Shown here piece by piece: positions 12,587 to 26,308 of a DNA stretch of 64,000 nucleotides (position 1 is the first letter of the stretch; the number at the start of each line of letters is the position of its first letter). The DNA is taken from NCBI GenBank assembly GCA_028534125.1, contig CM052816.1, forward strand, positions 61,134,001-61,198,000. The letters are read 5' to 3'. Origin of the DNA: Lama glama. Lineage: Eukaryota. Made by a program: the position numbers and the translations under genes. Below the pieces are notes generated by a model. That model saw only the letters and a list, made by a program, of their open reading frames with translations. It did not search any database and was not told where the DNA came from.

Positions 12587-15500
12587 GTTCTCCCTCGCTA
12601 AGGACCAACAGTCCCGGTTTTCTGGTGGGTGATTATAGATTGACAGCTAAAATATAGTAGACTTATTACATGTGAGCCCATTTTGTTGTTCACAATTCAG
12701 CCAAGGTGAGAAGCAAAGCCCAGCTCCCACAGAGACCCCAGGTATCTCAGCATCTCCTTTCAGAGACTCGCAGGGTCTAGCAACACAAGAGCGCAGCCAT
12801 TAGCCCTTTGGAAAGATTTATTTATAAGAATCAGAGTCTAAAGAAAAACAGCTCTTTTGGGCTGGGACCATGGAATGTATTGAAAATTAGAAGACATTGA
12901 ATCTAATAACGGAATCGACTTCTCAGCTATAATCGTCCCACACTTGACTGTGCTCCTCTCTTCTCATCAAGTTCAAATGCTCTTCGAGGAGTGAGCAGCT
13001 GTTCCAGATCCCATTTTATCCGACCCAAATAAGAGTTGTAATCTCTTTGGAAGAAAGGACTTCTCTGTTTTCCTTGCGAAGGCCTATGTCCATCAAGTGG
13101 ATGGCTTCTAGAACAGAAAGAGGCACTGGTTGGCCTGGCTCCTATTCGGAAAAGGAACCCGTGGACGTCTTCCCAGAAAATAATCATTTTTAATGCACAT
13201 GCTAAATTTTTTATTTAGCGCTGTTCCCTTAAAAATATCAGAAATGTGTGTGTAAAACGTGTAGGTAAATGACAATTTAAAATAATCACCTGCATGTTCT
13301 TTCTAACCACCATATTGTAAAACCCACTTATTTTATTACCATACAATAATAATACTAACACCTTGCATTTGTAGAGAGGTTAAGAATAGTGTGGAGTCTC
13401 AACAGACGTTAGTTTGTATCCTCAGTTTGTAAATTAGTATCCTCATTTGTAGAACAGATATCAAAATATGAGGTTCAGCATCTGAAAAGAAAAAAAAATG
13501 TATGTATCTGTATAACTGAATCACTTTGCTGTACACTTGAAACTACTGTTGAAAATCAACTATACTTCAATTAAATTTTTTTTAAAGAAACATAGGGTTG
13601 TTATGAGGATTAAATGAGGTAATTAATGTAAATAAAGCCCTTAACATTGGCTTGGCATTTAGTAGATACACAAGAAATCTAGAAATTATTATTTTTATAT
13701 TGCTATTCTTTTGACCTTATGCAGAGTTCTTTAACTAACCCAATTTCATATGATCTTCTATTAAAGTCATGTGAAGTATGTAAGATAAGCATTATTATAG
13801 CCCTTTTAAAGATAAGGAAATGGTTTAAGAATTTCCCAAGGTGGAATAGCTGGTGACAGAGCTAGGCTGTGCTTTTCATCATGTTATATTTAATATAGGG
13901 TTAAACTAATAAATAGCAGTAAAACTGGTATTCTTTCATTCATGAATAAGGTAAATATTATGAGCTACTGATTTTGGAAATAGTATTATTCCTTAAAAAA
14001 CAACCAGAAGTTTTTTCTTTAGTAGCAGCAGCAGATACTATTTCTAAATGTTTTCTATGTGCCAAGCATTATGTTACACCCTGTATGTGTTCCATCCTTC
14101 TTGGTCCTCAGGACACAGATAATCATAACACTAACATTTATGATCACTTCATCTGTGTTAGACATTGTGCCAAGTATTTCACGTGCATTCATCTCATTTT
14201 AATCAACCCAACCAACTGCTGAGATAGAGAGCCACTATTAATATTATTCCAGTTTGCTAATGAAGATAATATATAGACAAATTTGCTGTTGGAATTACAG
14301 AGCAGGAAGCGTTATTAGACGTTATCTCTGTGTAATTATATAGTGTAAGTGTCCTGCTAGGATTATCCTGCTCGAGTCAGTCCCATCAAAAATAATCGTT
14401 CAGGTAGAGATTGGAAGGAAAACAGTTGTTGGGGCAAAATTATGTTCAAAGTGTGTTTGTGCGTTCCTTTGACACTACTCCCTCCCCTAGAGCTGTAGAA
14501 TAAACAGACATGCAGTGAAAAACTTGAATTTGAGGGAGTCATTTGAGGGCGCTTGAGTAGAAATTAGTTCAGTTTGGCAACTGCACACTGAAGAGGAAAC
14601 TATTCTTAACACTCAGTAACACACCATAGCCTTTCCAAAGATAAAAACGGTATCGGGGTCAAAGAAGTATGTTGTTTCAGGGCATACGTTGCTAATAATA
14701 AAACAGTCTCTCTGCAGGAAGTATACACAGACAGCTCACAAAAACAGGAAAGTCACTCAGGAACCTGCTGTAAAACTCCTGGTCTGAACACATGAAATTG
14801 CCCACAAGTCACAAGGAGTGGATACATCACACCTTAGAAGTAAAAGGGAAGAACACAGGTTTCCTCATCCTGTGACTCTGACAACACCGTATTTTCAATC
14901 CTGTGGAAACTGATCTAGATGGACTAAGGGAAAGAACTTTTTACATCAAACCCATCATTTTCCAGATAAAGACACTAAGATCACAGTTGGATATGATAGA
15001 CATCTAGTGTTTTTGCCTGCCCAGAGTCCATTTCCCCTTCTCGTAACAACCCGTCCCATGGGATTTTCTCTGGTGCTCCCCCTGACTCATGATCTTCCGG
15101 TTTGGAGAGGGCTGGTCACACCCCCAGTTCCAGGGGTGGGAACAGAGCAGGGATGGCCAAACGGGGTGACAGCAGAGCATTCACTGACAGGCACGAGGCA
15201 GAATCTGAGTTAATTTAGTACAGAGGTTAAAGTGAACCCAAGACCACACAGTTAATGCCAAAGCTACAACCACATTCCAAGCCCGATGCTCTTTTCATGC
15301 TGCAATGCCACAGCACCTATATAAGTGAAAAAAAATTCTTAGCAATTTAAAAAAATAGTTGTAGGTTCCATTTCAGTGCTAATAAGCCAGACTGTCTCAG
15401 AGTCTAAGCTACTTCCTGTTTATAAGGTACCTAGAACATATGCCCACATTTTGTTCTATTTCCTTAACAGTTTATACCACGGTAAGGAGAGGACAATGAT

Positions 15501-16979
15501 AATTTGCTTTATAGTCAATGTTCCTCTAAAGCCATTGAAAAATTTTCTCATGCCTCTAGGATACCATGATATATTTTACTCCATTAATGATTACACTATG
15601 GTTTATAGCCATGTTCTCATAGCTCCTTTTTCAAAAGGGGCTGGGAAAGAAATGGAGAAAGTATAGTACTCCAAGATGTTTATAGTGGTTGCATTGGAGT
15701 GACAGGGTTATAAATAATTCTCTCTGATCCCTTAATTTTCCCATTTTTAAAGTAAAATTATATTTCAAAAATAAACAAGTTTCTATTTTTCTAAAAATAT
15801 AATTATTCAAAGATCAATTATCTGTGCTTCAAATTATTTTTCACTTTTACAGCTGCATCTTGCTGTTTCTATTTTGACTATTAATTTCCTTCTTAATTCT
15901 GCTGAGAGAAAAAGATGTGAGTCTCAAACTAGACAATATACTGCCTGTCTCTGCATGTAATTTTCCTAAGAGCACTGCTGTGAAAGTGTGGGTGGATCAG
16001 GACTGGCTGTATCAGGGCTCCCAGGAGAGCAGCCTACTCCCAGGTTATCAGTGAACAATAAAGAGAAGGTTTAGGAATTATCCAAATCAGTTTTAATTAA
16101 CTGTATCAACATGGTTTTTCATTACCTCAGAAAACATGGAGTTGGCATATCTTAAAATTACATTCAGGAGTCACACACAAAATGTCTGTGCTAAATTCCT
16201 TATCTTTCCCTTTCCAAAACAGTTATACACTCTGCACACCCATACCTCTTAACTCTTCTTCACTGCCTGCATTTAGAAGTCATCAAGTCCCAATGTGTTT
16301 TCTCCACCAAGATCATACTGCTGCATCATCATTTGCTATTTGGCTAATAGTTTCTCAGCCATCATTCTCCTCCTCCTCCTCCTTTTAATCCTTTATGATG
16401 ATCTTTTAAATACAAACTCAGCCCTGCCGTTCCCCTGTTCCCCATCCACCCCGACTCAGTATAATTAAATGGTTCTTTATTTTCTTCAGGATAGCACCCA
16501 AACTTCCTAGGACAGCTTGCACATCCCTTCAGGATCTGGCCTTTGGCTATCATTTCAGCACCCTCTCAGGCCAGCCCCTGTACACTCACTGACTTCACTC
16601 AAGTCACATCAAACCACCTGAAAGACCTAGCTGCAGCTGTACAGTTCACTCTGCACAAATTATTGCCTCTCTCTGGAATAGCTTAGTGCTTCTACCTGGG
16701 GTTAATGAATTTACAGTTGTTGATAAACGAGTTTGTATGGTGTTGTGGCTTTGGTGTAAAACAGACTATTCATACATATGCTTTCACATACAGACTTTGT
16801 TTCTGGAAGAATACACAAGAAACTGGTCATATTGGTTGCCTCTGGAAAGGAGAACTGTGACACTGAGATGTGGGGATAGGAGAGAGACTTTGCACTGGAT
16901 TCTCTTTTGTGCCTTTGACATTTTGCGCTGTGTAAACATACCAACAATTTGATTAAAGCTAAAGATATGTCCACTCTGG

Positions 16980-17582
16980 GTTCCAGTGGGATCCAGGAAT
17001 TCTGACCCCTGGTAATATACCCAAAAGGAATGAATGCATATGTCCACTAAAAAATGTATGCAAGAATACTTGTGGCAGCTTTTCTCATAATAGACAAAAA
17101 CTGAAAACAACCCAAAAGTCCATCAGTGGGAGAAAGAATATATAAATTGAAGTATATTTATTTGATGGAATACCACATAGCAATAAAAACAAAGAAACAA
17201 ACTATGATATAATCCATCAGTGAAAAGATATAAGATCCAATGCAAAGGAGTAAATACTAGATGATTCTAGTTATTTCAGGTTCAGAAACAGGCAAAATTA
17301 ATCAACTGTGGTAGAAGTCAGAACAGTGATCACCTCAGGCAAGGGTCGGGCAAGGAGAGCCAGGAGGGTCAGGTGGGAGCATACTGACTGAAAGGGAAAA
17401 TTAGGGGGTTGTAGGACGCTTCTGTATCTTGAGGTGGGTGGTATATGACAAATGAGTATGTACCAATGTAAAATATACATAGTCAATGGATATATACATA
17501 TGTAAAAAAGAATTGAGTTTTATGCTATAGACTAGCATATTTTACTGTATGTGCATTAATAACATTTTTTAAAGTTTTAAAA
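16980..17582 (+). mobile_element. Old L1 (L1MB/ME-like) 3' end
   Basis: 'atatacccaaaaggaatgaatgcatatgtccac...aacaacccaaaagtccatcag...ggcaaaattaatc'. Confidence 0.75.
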
Positions 17583-18332
17583 AAGCATAGCAAATATATG
17601 TAACCAATTTGAAAAAAGTAGATAAAATAATTTTTAAAAATCTCACCCAAATGTCAAGTGACTTCTACCTTTTCATTGATAAAAGTCGATGCAACTCCCA
17701 TATTGAGTCATTTAAAAAAAAAAAAGCAGTAGGGAAAATACTAAGAATTTCTTTAAAGAAAGAGAAAACTTTGAAGCAAATATTGATTGCAAGAATAAAA
17801 TTTTGATTAAGCAAATCATAAAACAAAAACAGAATTTTCTATCTTGACCCTACAGCCTCAAAAACTGTAATGAAATGTTTCAGGCCACAGGGGCAAAAAG
17901 GTTTCTTTTACAAATGTATTAAGTAACTTTGAGAAATATAAGTGAGATGGAACTCAGACTGTCATTTTATTAGCGAACACCATGGTAACCGGGAGAGAGA
18001 ATTCAGTTTGCGGAAAAGTGGCAGCTAGAAATGGAAGTGACAAGGGCGATATTGAGTAAATGAGGTTTACCTGGTCCACAGAGGCAGAACAATGGTGAGG
18101 TTTGTAGGGAGAAGGACAGAAGAACCAGGTGGTGAAGAGAAAGGGAAAGAAGCAAGGAAGAGACAGAGCTCTAGGCATCCGGAATATTTACAAGTGAATT
18201 GTAAAAGGTGCGTGAAACTATAAAAGAAGCTGCTTTAGAAGATACCAGATGAGCTCAAAAACAAGAGGAGGGAAGGGGAGGGTCACCCAAAGTGAAAGCA
18301 ACATGGGCTACTTTTTAAAAAGACTCCTTTTT

Positions 18333-18455
18333 GGCAGGGTATAGCTCAAGCGATACAGCACATGCTTAACAAGCATGAGGTCTGGGGTTCAATCCCCTCC
18401 ACCTCCTCCACAAATAAGTAAGTAACCTAATTACCTCCCCTCCCCAAAAAACTTA
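18333..18455 (+). mobile_element. vic-1-like SINE
   Basis: Degenerate A/B boxes and 'aacctaattacctcccc' tail; TSD aaaa(a/g)g(a/-)ctc-ttttt. Confidence 0.85.
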
Positions 18456-18564
18456 AAAAGGCTCTTTTTTCAGTTCAGGAGAGGCAGTAAGACGTCAACA
18501 GGAAGTGTTTAGGTCAGCCCTCCCCACTCCCGAGATTTAATACTTTGAACATCTAATTTGTCAG

Positions 18565-18619
18565 GTTTTTTTTTTTCTTAAGTTTTTTTTTTTTTTAATG
18601 GAGGTACTGGGGATTGAAA
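18565..18619 (-). mobile_element. Severely 5'-truncated vic-1-like SINE
   Basis: Only 'aatggaggtactggggattgaa' plus T-tracts remain. Confidence 0.65.
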
Positions 18620-20013
18620 CTTTTTTTTTTTAATTAAAAAGAGCTTCATTGTAGAGCATTTGGAAAATACAGAAAAATTTTAAGGAGAAACCAAAAATCA
18701 CTCGAGATGTCCACTGTAGCATTTCAGTGTAGGACACTTTCCAATAGGCAGAAAGTGGCAAAGCAAGAGCAGGGTCAGAGTTTCTTCTCCCCTAGGAACA
18801 CAGTTTATCATTGGAGATTTGTCATTTTCATTGTATTGGTGCATTTTTCCACTAGAAGCTCCGTGAAGGTAGAGATTTTTGTCTGTTCTTCACTGCTGTA
18901 ACCCGGTGCCTGGCACATAATAGATACTCCAGAAATGTTTGTTGAATTATCTACTTTTTTCACATCTACTTATAAAGATTAGCTGCTACTTCTTATTTTT
19001 TCTTTAATCATTAAAACCTTTAAAAATCCTTTTTGTGTTCCATTTCATGACTTTATTTATCAGAACAATCTAGTCATTAAATGAAAATGTCTATTGAAGT
19101 TTAGGAAAATGTCAAATGTAAGCAAAAGCTTCATGATTCATATTAATACCACATTGTATTTCTTCTGTGATGCCTGGCTGCACACTCTCCCTGAATACTT
19201 GTAGAAAGAGTTCCTTCCATTCCTATGTTAATCTATTGCCCACATAACTTATTAAATAGAATTTGAAAACCAATTTAACATTTAGGGCTTTGTAGCTCCT
19301 TTCTTCTTAAAGACCAGGATTTCTTTTTTAAAATTTGAGTTGGGATATTATTTTTTTCCCCCAAATTTAAGACTTGTCTTTGAATAGTGAAAAATGATGG
19401 AGAAGATTCCATTATGTTTAGAAGTCTCATAAAGGAAGTTAAAAATATTGAATATTCTAGCAGTAAAAATTTTCAGGGAGGGCAGATGGAATTACTCAAG
19501 CTTGAAATGTAGCCAGAATTCTGTAGGCAGCATTACTACTCTTGGAATTAAACAGGACCCTGGGAGTCTTCCATAATAAGAGGTAGCCAGGACCCTTCAA
19601 CCATTCCAAGGCAACCAAGCCCCGCCAGGGGCTACAATACAGTTATTTTGGAAAAAAATATACACCACATAGTTGAGCAAAAGGGGGTTTTATTGGCTTA
19701 CATAACTGGGATGTCTAGAGGTGGAATGAGGCTGGGTCCAGGGGCTTTCACAATGTCAGGGTTCTCTCTCCCAGGATCCATGTGATCAAATCTAGGAGAC
19801 CTATTGGTCCTGCTTGGATCATGTACCCTGGATCAGTGACAGTGACCAGAAAGTAAGATATTTGAATTGACAGAGCATGGGCAAGGCCTGAGCCACATAC
19901 CCATCAATATACGGAAGAAAGTGAATGGATCTCACCCAAACCAAGTGAAGAAGTGGATTCTCCACAAGGGACGTTCTGTCACCACCTGGAGTGGCAAACG
20001 GTATTGGAGGCAG

Positions 20014-20736
20014 TGTTGAAATCCCCTGAGCCCTGTTCTTCTGAAACACAACCCCCTCATACACATACTCACTCACTCACCCTTTGTGTTCCAGGAAATG
20101 GCTCACTGCAAAAACACTTACCCTTATGACTTAGAGAAGACTCCGAATGACCTCCTTTTCTACCTATGATGAGGCCAGACATAGATTCTCTAAATTCCCA
20201 TTCTTTTTCTCAAAATGATGAGCTGAACCATTGGTTCCACTGATCAAAATGCTAAGTTGACTTGAATAAGCGTTAGTCGGGCTTCTCTCTCTCCCCTGAC
20301 CGTGGCCTACCTTTGAGCATGAGAACAAGGAATAACTCCTCCATAACTGCCCCCACCCTTTTTTTCTAATTGAGGTAATGGGCACTGAACCCAGGACCTT
20401 ACACATGCTAATCACGCGCTCTACCACTGATCTATACCCCTACGCTCCCTTAACTGGCCCTTCTGACAATCAGCTTTCCTCTAGGGGAAGCATTCCCTGA
20501 TCAGCTGCCTGGTAACTCCACCTACCACGCCAATCCCCCCACCTGGTTCATTCCATCCTTTTTTACTCCTCCCTATAAAAGGACCCATCTGTGTGCTCTC
20601 TGAGATGCTTGCAGATCTTATGGCCTATGATCATAAATCACTCTCCCTATTGCAACAGTCCTCCACCCCTTGTTGCAAGAATCCTTTTGAATGAAGTCTC
20701 TCCTTACCTCAGTTCATATCTGTGTTTTATCTGGCA
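20014..20736 (+). mobile_element. MER31-like ERV1 solo LTR, interrupted by a SINE and inserted in an MLT1-like LTR
   Basis: TG...CA termini; TATAAAA at 20574-20580; duplicated 'ttgcaa' motif; degenerate polyA signal (aatgaa) then 'gtctctccttacct'. MLT1-like sequence lies on both sides (~19600-20013 and 20737-20770). Confidence 0.7.
20359..20448 (-). mobile_element. vic-1-like SINE (short-tail form)
   Basis: 'gaggtaatgggcactgaacccaggacc...ctctaccactgatctataccc'; TSD taactg(c/g)ccc. Confidence 0.85.
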
Positions 20737-20911
20737 CTGGCCAGACAAAATAGCTGTCTGCCACAACACTCTCTTATCCAGTCTGATGGATCTCGAAGGG
20801 ATGAAACTTCATTATACCACTTCTTCCCACTCTAAGTTTTGAATCAATTGAGAAGTAGAAATGGAAGCCCCAATCAGGCAGGTAAGAATTCAAAATGTCA
20901 TCTTAATTGAA

Positions 20912-21320
20912 GGATAAATGGATAAAGAAAAGGTGGTATATACACAGATTGGAATATTATCTAGCCTTAAAAAGGAAGGAAATGTTAACCCATGCTACAG
21001 CATGGATAAACCTTGAGGATATTAGGCTGAGTGAAATAAGCCAATCATAAAAGAACAAATACTGTATGATTCCACTCATATGAGCTATCTAGAGTAAGCC
21101 AGTTAACAGAAAGAGAAAGTATAATGGTAATTGCCAGGCGCTGGGAGAAGGGGGAAATGGGGGAGTTGTTGACTAATGGCAGTTTTGCAAGACAAAAAAA
21201 ATTCTGGAGATTGATTGCACAATAATGTGAATTCAGTTAAAACTACTAAATTGTACACTTGGAAATGGTTAAGATGATAAAATTTATGTTATATGCACAA
21301 TAAAAATAATTTTATAAAAA
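20912..21320 (+). mobile_element. L1MB-like 3' end
   Basis: 'aatggataaagaaaaggtggtatatacacagattggaatattat...aaccttgaggatattaggctgagtgaaataagcc'. Confidence 0.85.
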
Positions 21321-21416
21321 GCTTCATTACTAACAACGCTGGTTGGAGAATGTGACATAGATCTCTGGTCAAGCAGGCTCACTAATACTCATGTTGCTGA
21401 ATTAAAATATCAACAT

Positions 21417-21786
21417 CAGTAAGCCAGAAAGAGAAAGAAAAATACCATATGAGATCACTCATATGCAGAATCTAAAAAAAAAAAAAACCATAAATACAAA
21501 ACAGAAACAGACTCATAGACAAAGAATACAAACTTGTGGTTGCCAGGGGGACGGGGGGTGGGAAGGGACAAACTGGGATTTCAAAATGTAGAATAGATAA
21601 ACAAGATTGTACTGTGTAGCACAGGGAAATATATACGGGCTCTCGTGGTGGCTCACAGTGAAAGAGAATGTGACAATGAATGTATGTATGTTCATGTCTA
21701 ACTGAAAAATTATGCTCTACACTGGAATTTGACACAACATTGTAAAATGACTATAACGCAATAAAAAAAAAATGCTTAAAAAAAAA
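21417..21786 (+). mobile_element. Young lineage-specific L1 3' end (5'-truncated)
   Basis: L1 3' UTR with G-rich tract, AATAAA and A-tail; highly similar to the copy at 57597-57895. Confidence 0.88.
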
Positions 21787-23021
21787 TCAACCAGGCCTTC
21801 CTGTAGGACGGGGCTTACTCTAGTAAGGTTATCACAAGGTAAGTCTTCATGGACAGGCCACTCTGAAGGAAGGAAGGAATAAGTGACACATTAATAATTC
21901 CTTCCCTCAATCTTACCAAAGAAGATGTTTATTCCCCAAGTAGAGAGTGAGCAAGGAGGAGAGGCTGGGGTGTGAAAGGGTTGAATTTAAAAAGAAAACT
22001 TTTTTCTTTCTCTTTGTACTTTTCAAAGAGAGTATGTTTAAATATATTTTTTTCTTTAATTTGTGGTGAAAGAACCAACTTAAAAAGTTGCAGTTATTTG
22101 CAGATTTTAAAGAGAAATAGAATTTATTCACATTGAGTGTAAATTATACCTTAATTTAAAAATTAAAAAAACATAAAACAAGGTTAGGGAAAAAAATTCC
22201 TCTGTGAGAACTTCAGACAAATACATGACTGCATTCAGAATAGGCTGTGGTGTAACACTTTGCTTAGTATAGCGTGAAAATAGTTTGCTTCTTTGAAAGA
22301 AAGATGGATGCTGTTATATCAAAAGAAAAATGTATATCCTCTATCAAGCCAAAGCACATTTGGTTTGAATACTTTCTACATCCTTAGAGACATTCTTTCT
22401 CTAAGGAATTAATCCATTTAGGAAATTACTTCGTAGAACTTGTACCAAAAAAAAAAAAAAAAAATGGAGAGGCCTTATCTATCACATGTGCTTTGAGGGG
22501 AAAATGGTGCCCCTTAGATAAAATATTACAGTGACCAAAATACTTCCCATCTGTCAACTTTATATTCCTCTCATTTAGTTTCACATCATGCACTTTGGCA
22601 GGATTCATAGGGGAAAAGCAAACAAAAACCTATTTTTACCATTGTTGAAAGCATGCCAAGTTGGCAAAGGTGTGGGACAATGGGCACTCCATACACAGTA
22701 AGGATGACAATTGCTTCAGCCTTTCTGGAAGGTAATTTCCAATATGCAAGTTATCAAAATTTTAAATATGCATATCCTTTGGCCCAGAAATTCAACTTCT
22801 GGGAATTTTTCCCAAGTGAATGAATTGGACAAACATATAAGATATACATAAAGGGCCTTCAGGAAACATTGTTTACAACAAGGATGAGTTAGGAACCACC
22901 TAAATCTTTTATCACTAGTGGACTAATTAAATACATTATGATATAGCTATTCAGTGGAGTACTTTGTGGTGCATTAGAACAATCATGTATACCTGTGTTT
23001 ATTGTTAAAAAAAAGTTATAA

Positions 23022-23180
23022 GGGGGAGGTTATAGCTCATTGGTAGAGTACCTGGCATGCAAGAGGTCCTGGGTTCAATCCCCAGTACCTCCATTAAAAA
23101 AATAAGTAAATAAACCTAATTACCTCCCCCTGCAACAAACAAACAAACAAACAAACAAACAGTGTGTTGCAAAAAAAAGG
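23022..23180 (+). mobile_element. vic-1-like SINE with (AAAC)n tail
   Basis: A/B boxes and tail microsatellite; TSD aaaagtta(t/a)a. Confidence 0.9.
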
Positions 23181-23427
23181 AAAAGTTAAACAGTCTGGGT
23201 TGTAAAAATTTTTCCACATGCATAGGAAAAAGCCTAGAAGGATACATAGCAAAATAATGTTTTTACCCCTGAGTTGTGGGGTTTCAAGTCATTTTTACTT
23301 TTTTATTCCTTTTATTTATTTATTTTTTGGAACTATGCAGTGAGCATGTGTTCCTTAATTAGTCATAAAATACATGTGTTCTGACTGGAAAAAAATTAAA
23401 GCATGCCAACTTAAACAATTGTTTTTC

Positions 23428-24355
23428 AGGAGAAAATATTTACAAATCTTGTATCTGATAAGGAATTAATATCCAGAATACGTAAGGAATTCTTACAACT
23501 CAACAACAAAAACCCCGAACAATCCAATTTAAAAATGGGCCATGGACCTGAATTGAGATTTTTCCAAAGAAGCTATATACAAATGGCCAGTAAGTGCATG
23601 GAAAGGGGCTCAACGTCACTGATCATTAGGAAGATGCAAACTAAGCCCGCAGTGAGGTACTGCTTCATACCTGCTAGGATGGCTATTGTGAGAAAACAAA
23701 CCAACCAAAAACGGCAAGCGTTGGCGATGACGTGGAGAAACTGGAACCCTTCTGCATTACTGGTGGGAAAGCTGCTGTGGAAAACAATATGGCGGTTTCT
23801 CAGAAAATTAAACATAAAATTACCACACGATCAAGCAATCCCCCTTCTGGACAAATACCCCAAAGAACTGAAAGCAGGAAGTTGAGCAAATATTTACACA
23901 CTACTGTTCATAGCAGTATTATTCACAACAGGCAAAAGGTGGAAACAACCCAAATGTCCATTGACAAAAGGAATGGATAAACAAAATGTGGTGTGTGTGT
24001 ATGATATATATATGTATATATATACACATATATATATCAGTCTGAAGAGGAAGGCAATTCTGATCATGCTATAACATGGAAGAAATCTGAAGACATTATG
24101 CTAAGTAAAATAAGCCAGACACTAAGAAATACATACTGTTTGAGTCCACGTACATGACCTATCGAGAGAGGTTAAATTCTTAGAAAGCAGGGTGGTGGCG
24201 GCTAGGGGCGGGGGGAGAGCAGGATGGGGAGTTGTTTTGTGACGGGCAAGTGATGGTTTCCCCGCAATACGAATGTACGAAACACCACTGAACTGTACAC
24301 GTAAAAATGTTAAAATGGTAATGTTTATGCTATGTATTATTTTACCACAGTTAAA
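23428..24355 (+). mobile_element. L1 (L1MA/MB-like) ORF2 C-terminus and 3' UTR
   Basis: Broken translations (IQMASKCMERGSTSLIIRKMQTK; EKLEPFCITGG) resemble the L1 ORF2p C-terminus; followed by a typical 3' UTR. Confidence 0.9.
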
Positions 24356-24384
24356 ACATTATTGATTGTTACTATTTGTTTAAT

Positions 24385-24488
24385 AAATTATTTATTATTT
24401 ATTTATTTTCAAGAAGGTACTGGGGCTTGAACCTCGGACCTCACACATGCTAAGCATGTGCTGTACCACTGAGCTATACCCACTCCCC
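24385..24488 (-). mobile_element. vic-1-like SINE in L1 tail
   Basis: Antisense copy; TSD tattttaccaca(g/a)tt at ~24337 and 24489. Confidence 0.88.
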
Positions 24489-24879
24489 TATTTTACCACA
24501 ATTTAAAAAAAAGCAGATGTTTTCCACATAGAAGTATCTATTTCTACCATGAGTAAGAAGAATCTAACTCATCCAAAAAACATCTATAGACTTTAGACCA
24601 CAGAAAACTTATATTCATCTCAATCCATATTCTCTCACACATGACCTGGCCTACATTGGAAGATATAAGTGACGTTAATCCACATGAATAGGAATTGAGT
24701 TAATCCTCTTTATTTTTCCCTCAATCCAATTAGGTTTATTTATATGTGACCCCTATTTCTCCCGACTGTACCAGGTACCTGAACGATAAGGGGAGATTGT
24801 GGGGTAACCCTGGGCAGACTTGTACTCCAGACGTGTCAGCTGTTTCCGCCCACCTGAAATAGTCTGGCTTCTAAGTGGT

Positions 24880-26308
24880 TACAGCTCTTGGGGTTCTTAG
24901 AAATAGACTGGGGGCTTCCTACCTTTTGCTGAGTCCCTTGTGGGGGTCCTCGACTTGGTTCAACTCCTCCCTGTGTTAAGGCAGCTGCCAGCGGGGTAGC
25001 CTGTTGTTTATTCTCCATTGTTCCCTTTTCTCCTGCACATGGTCCCTGCCATTCAGAACTTGGAAGGCAATTTCAACACGTTGTGACACAGGCATCCCTA
25101 AGGCCCTTCCACTTTCAGCAGTTTCTTTTGTACACTGGGGCTCTCTGACCAATAAAAGTCATATTAACCGATTTTAAATTCTCTGGGGCCTCAGGGTCTA
25201 TATCTGTATATTGCCTATAAGCTTTAAGGACGCTTTCTAGAAATTCTGAAGGATCCTTGCTGGGTTTCCGCCACACCTCCTGAACTTGATTAAGGGGTTT
25301 TTGTTCTGGCACCCCTCTTGCAGTTCCGCAAGAATGCAGTCTTGATAATGCTCAAGTTTTGGCCTCTCCCCAGCATTCACATCCCGATTCGGCTCAGCTG
25401 GTGGTATAGCTGCGCTCGCTGCAGCTCCTATGGGGTTGCCGGGGGTTCCTGTGTGTAGCTGACCTGTCTCCTCCCCAGCTTTATCCAGCAACGTTCTACC
25501 TTCCTCTGCAGTGTGGAGGGTATTTAATAAATTCTGAAAATCTGCCCAGGTTGGTTGTGTGTTGCAAAAAATCGGTAAAAAAAGATTTTCTATTCTCTTT
25601 GGGTCATCTCTATAAGCTGGCATATTATTCAATTAACTACAATCTGAGCTTGTAAAAGGGGAGTGGACCCAGATCAATCCCGTTGGCTGCTGAGTCTCAG
25701 CATCCACACTCACAGTGGGGACTTGCCTTAATGGATACTGTCCCACATGAGTTTGGTTAGCTCCCTGTTCTCCCCATACCTGGTGGGTACAAGAAGGTGA
25801 GACAATTCCTAGTTGTCATTCCCCGAGGTGGGGTCTGAGCCTGAGGCTGTTATTCAGCAAAGGAGCAGCAGCACCATCGGAAGGGGGTGGAGGAGGAGCA
25901 GTTGGAGTGTTTGAATCAACAGCAAAGTCATCCTCCTTTTCATCAGAATCAAGCAAAACCGGTTTCTTTACCTTCCCTCCTGTTGGACCATAACCTTACA
26001 TCTTCTTTGCACAGGTTTACTCTGATAACAGTAACATAAAAGACCGTACATAAGGTATTTCATCCCATTTTCCTTCCAGTTAACAGAATAAATCTAGTTG
26101 CAAAATTGTATTGTAATTTAAGGATCCGTTTTCAGGCCATTTTGCTCCAGAGTCTCAAGGATATTTTGTCCATGCAGTGTTACAAAAAATAAAATCTTTT
26201 TGTTTTCCACGGATTCGTAACTGAAAGTCACCAAATTTTGGAGAATGCAGCATAGAGGACTACAAGACAGAATTAACATTGTCATTTTGAAGAGGCTCTG
26301 CTTCCAAG
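24880..26308 (-). mobile_element. gag: Decayed class I (gammaretrovirus-like) ERV gag: matrix, late domain, capsid
   Basis: Frame-broken translations: SPLCCILQN and [26 protein letters not shown] (matrix); PTAPPPPP (PTAP at 25894-25905); GQYPLRQVP and WVHSPFTSSD (capsid start); QPTWADFQNLLNTL; DPSEFLESVLKAYRQYTDIDPEAPEN (MHR region, resembles MLV p30). Multiple stops and frameshifts. Confidence 0.9.

Noticed and set aside
23535..23980. Protein-coding ORFs (116 aa and 82 aa)
   Set aside because: Frameshifted remnants of the L1 ORF2 C-terminus.
25115..25632. Domesticated or intact Gag-derived gene
   Set aside because: The capsid is split over different frames with stops, the matrix has an in-frame TAA, and the start codon is lost.
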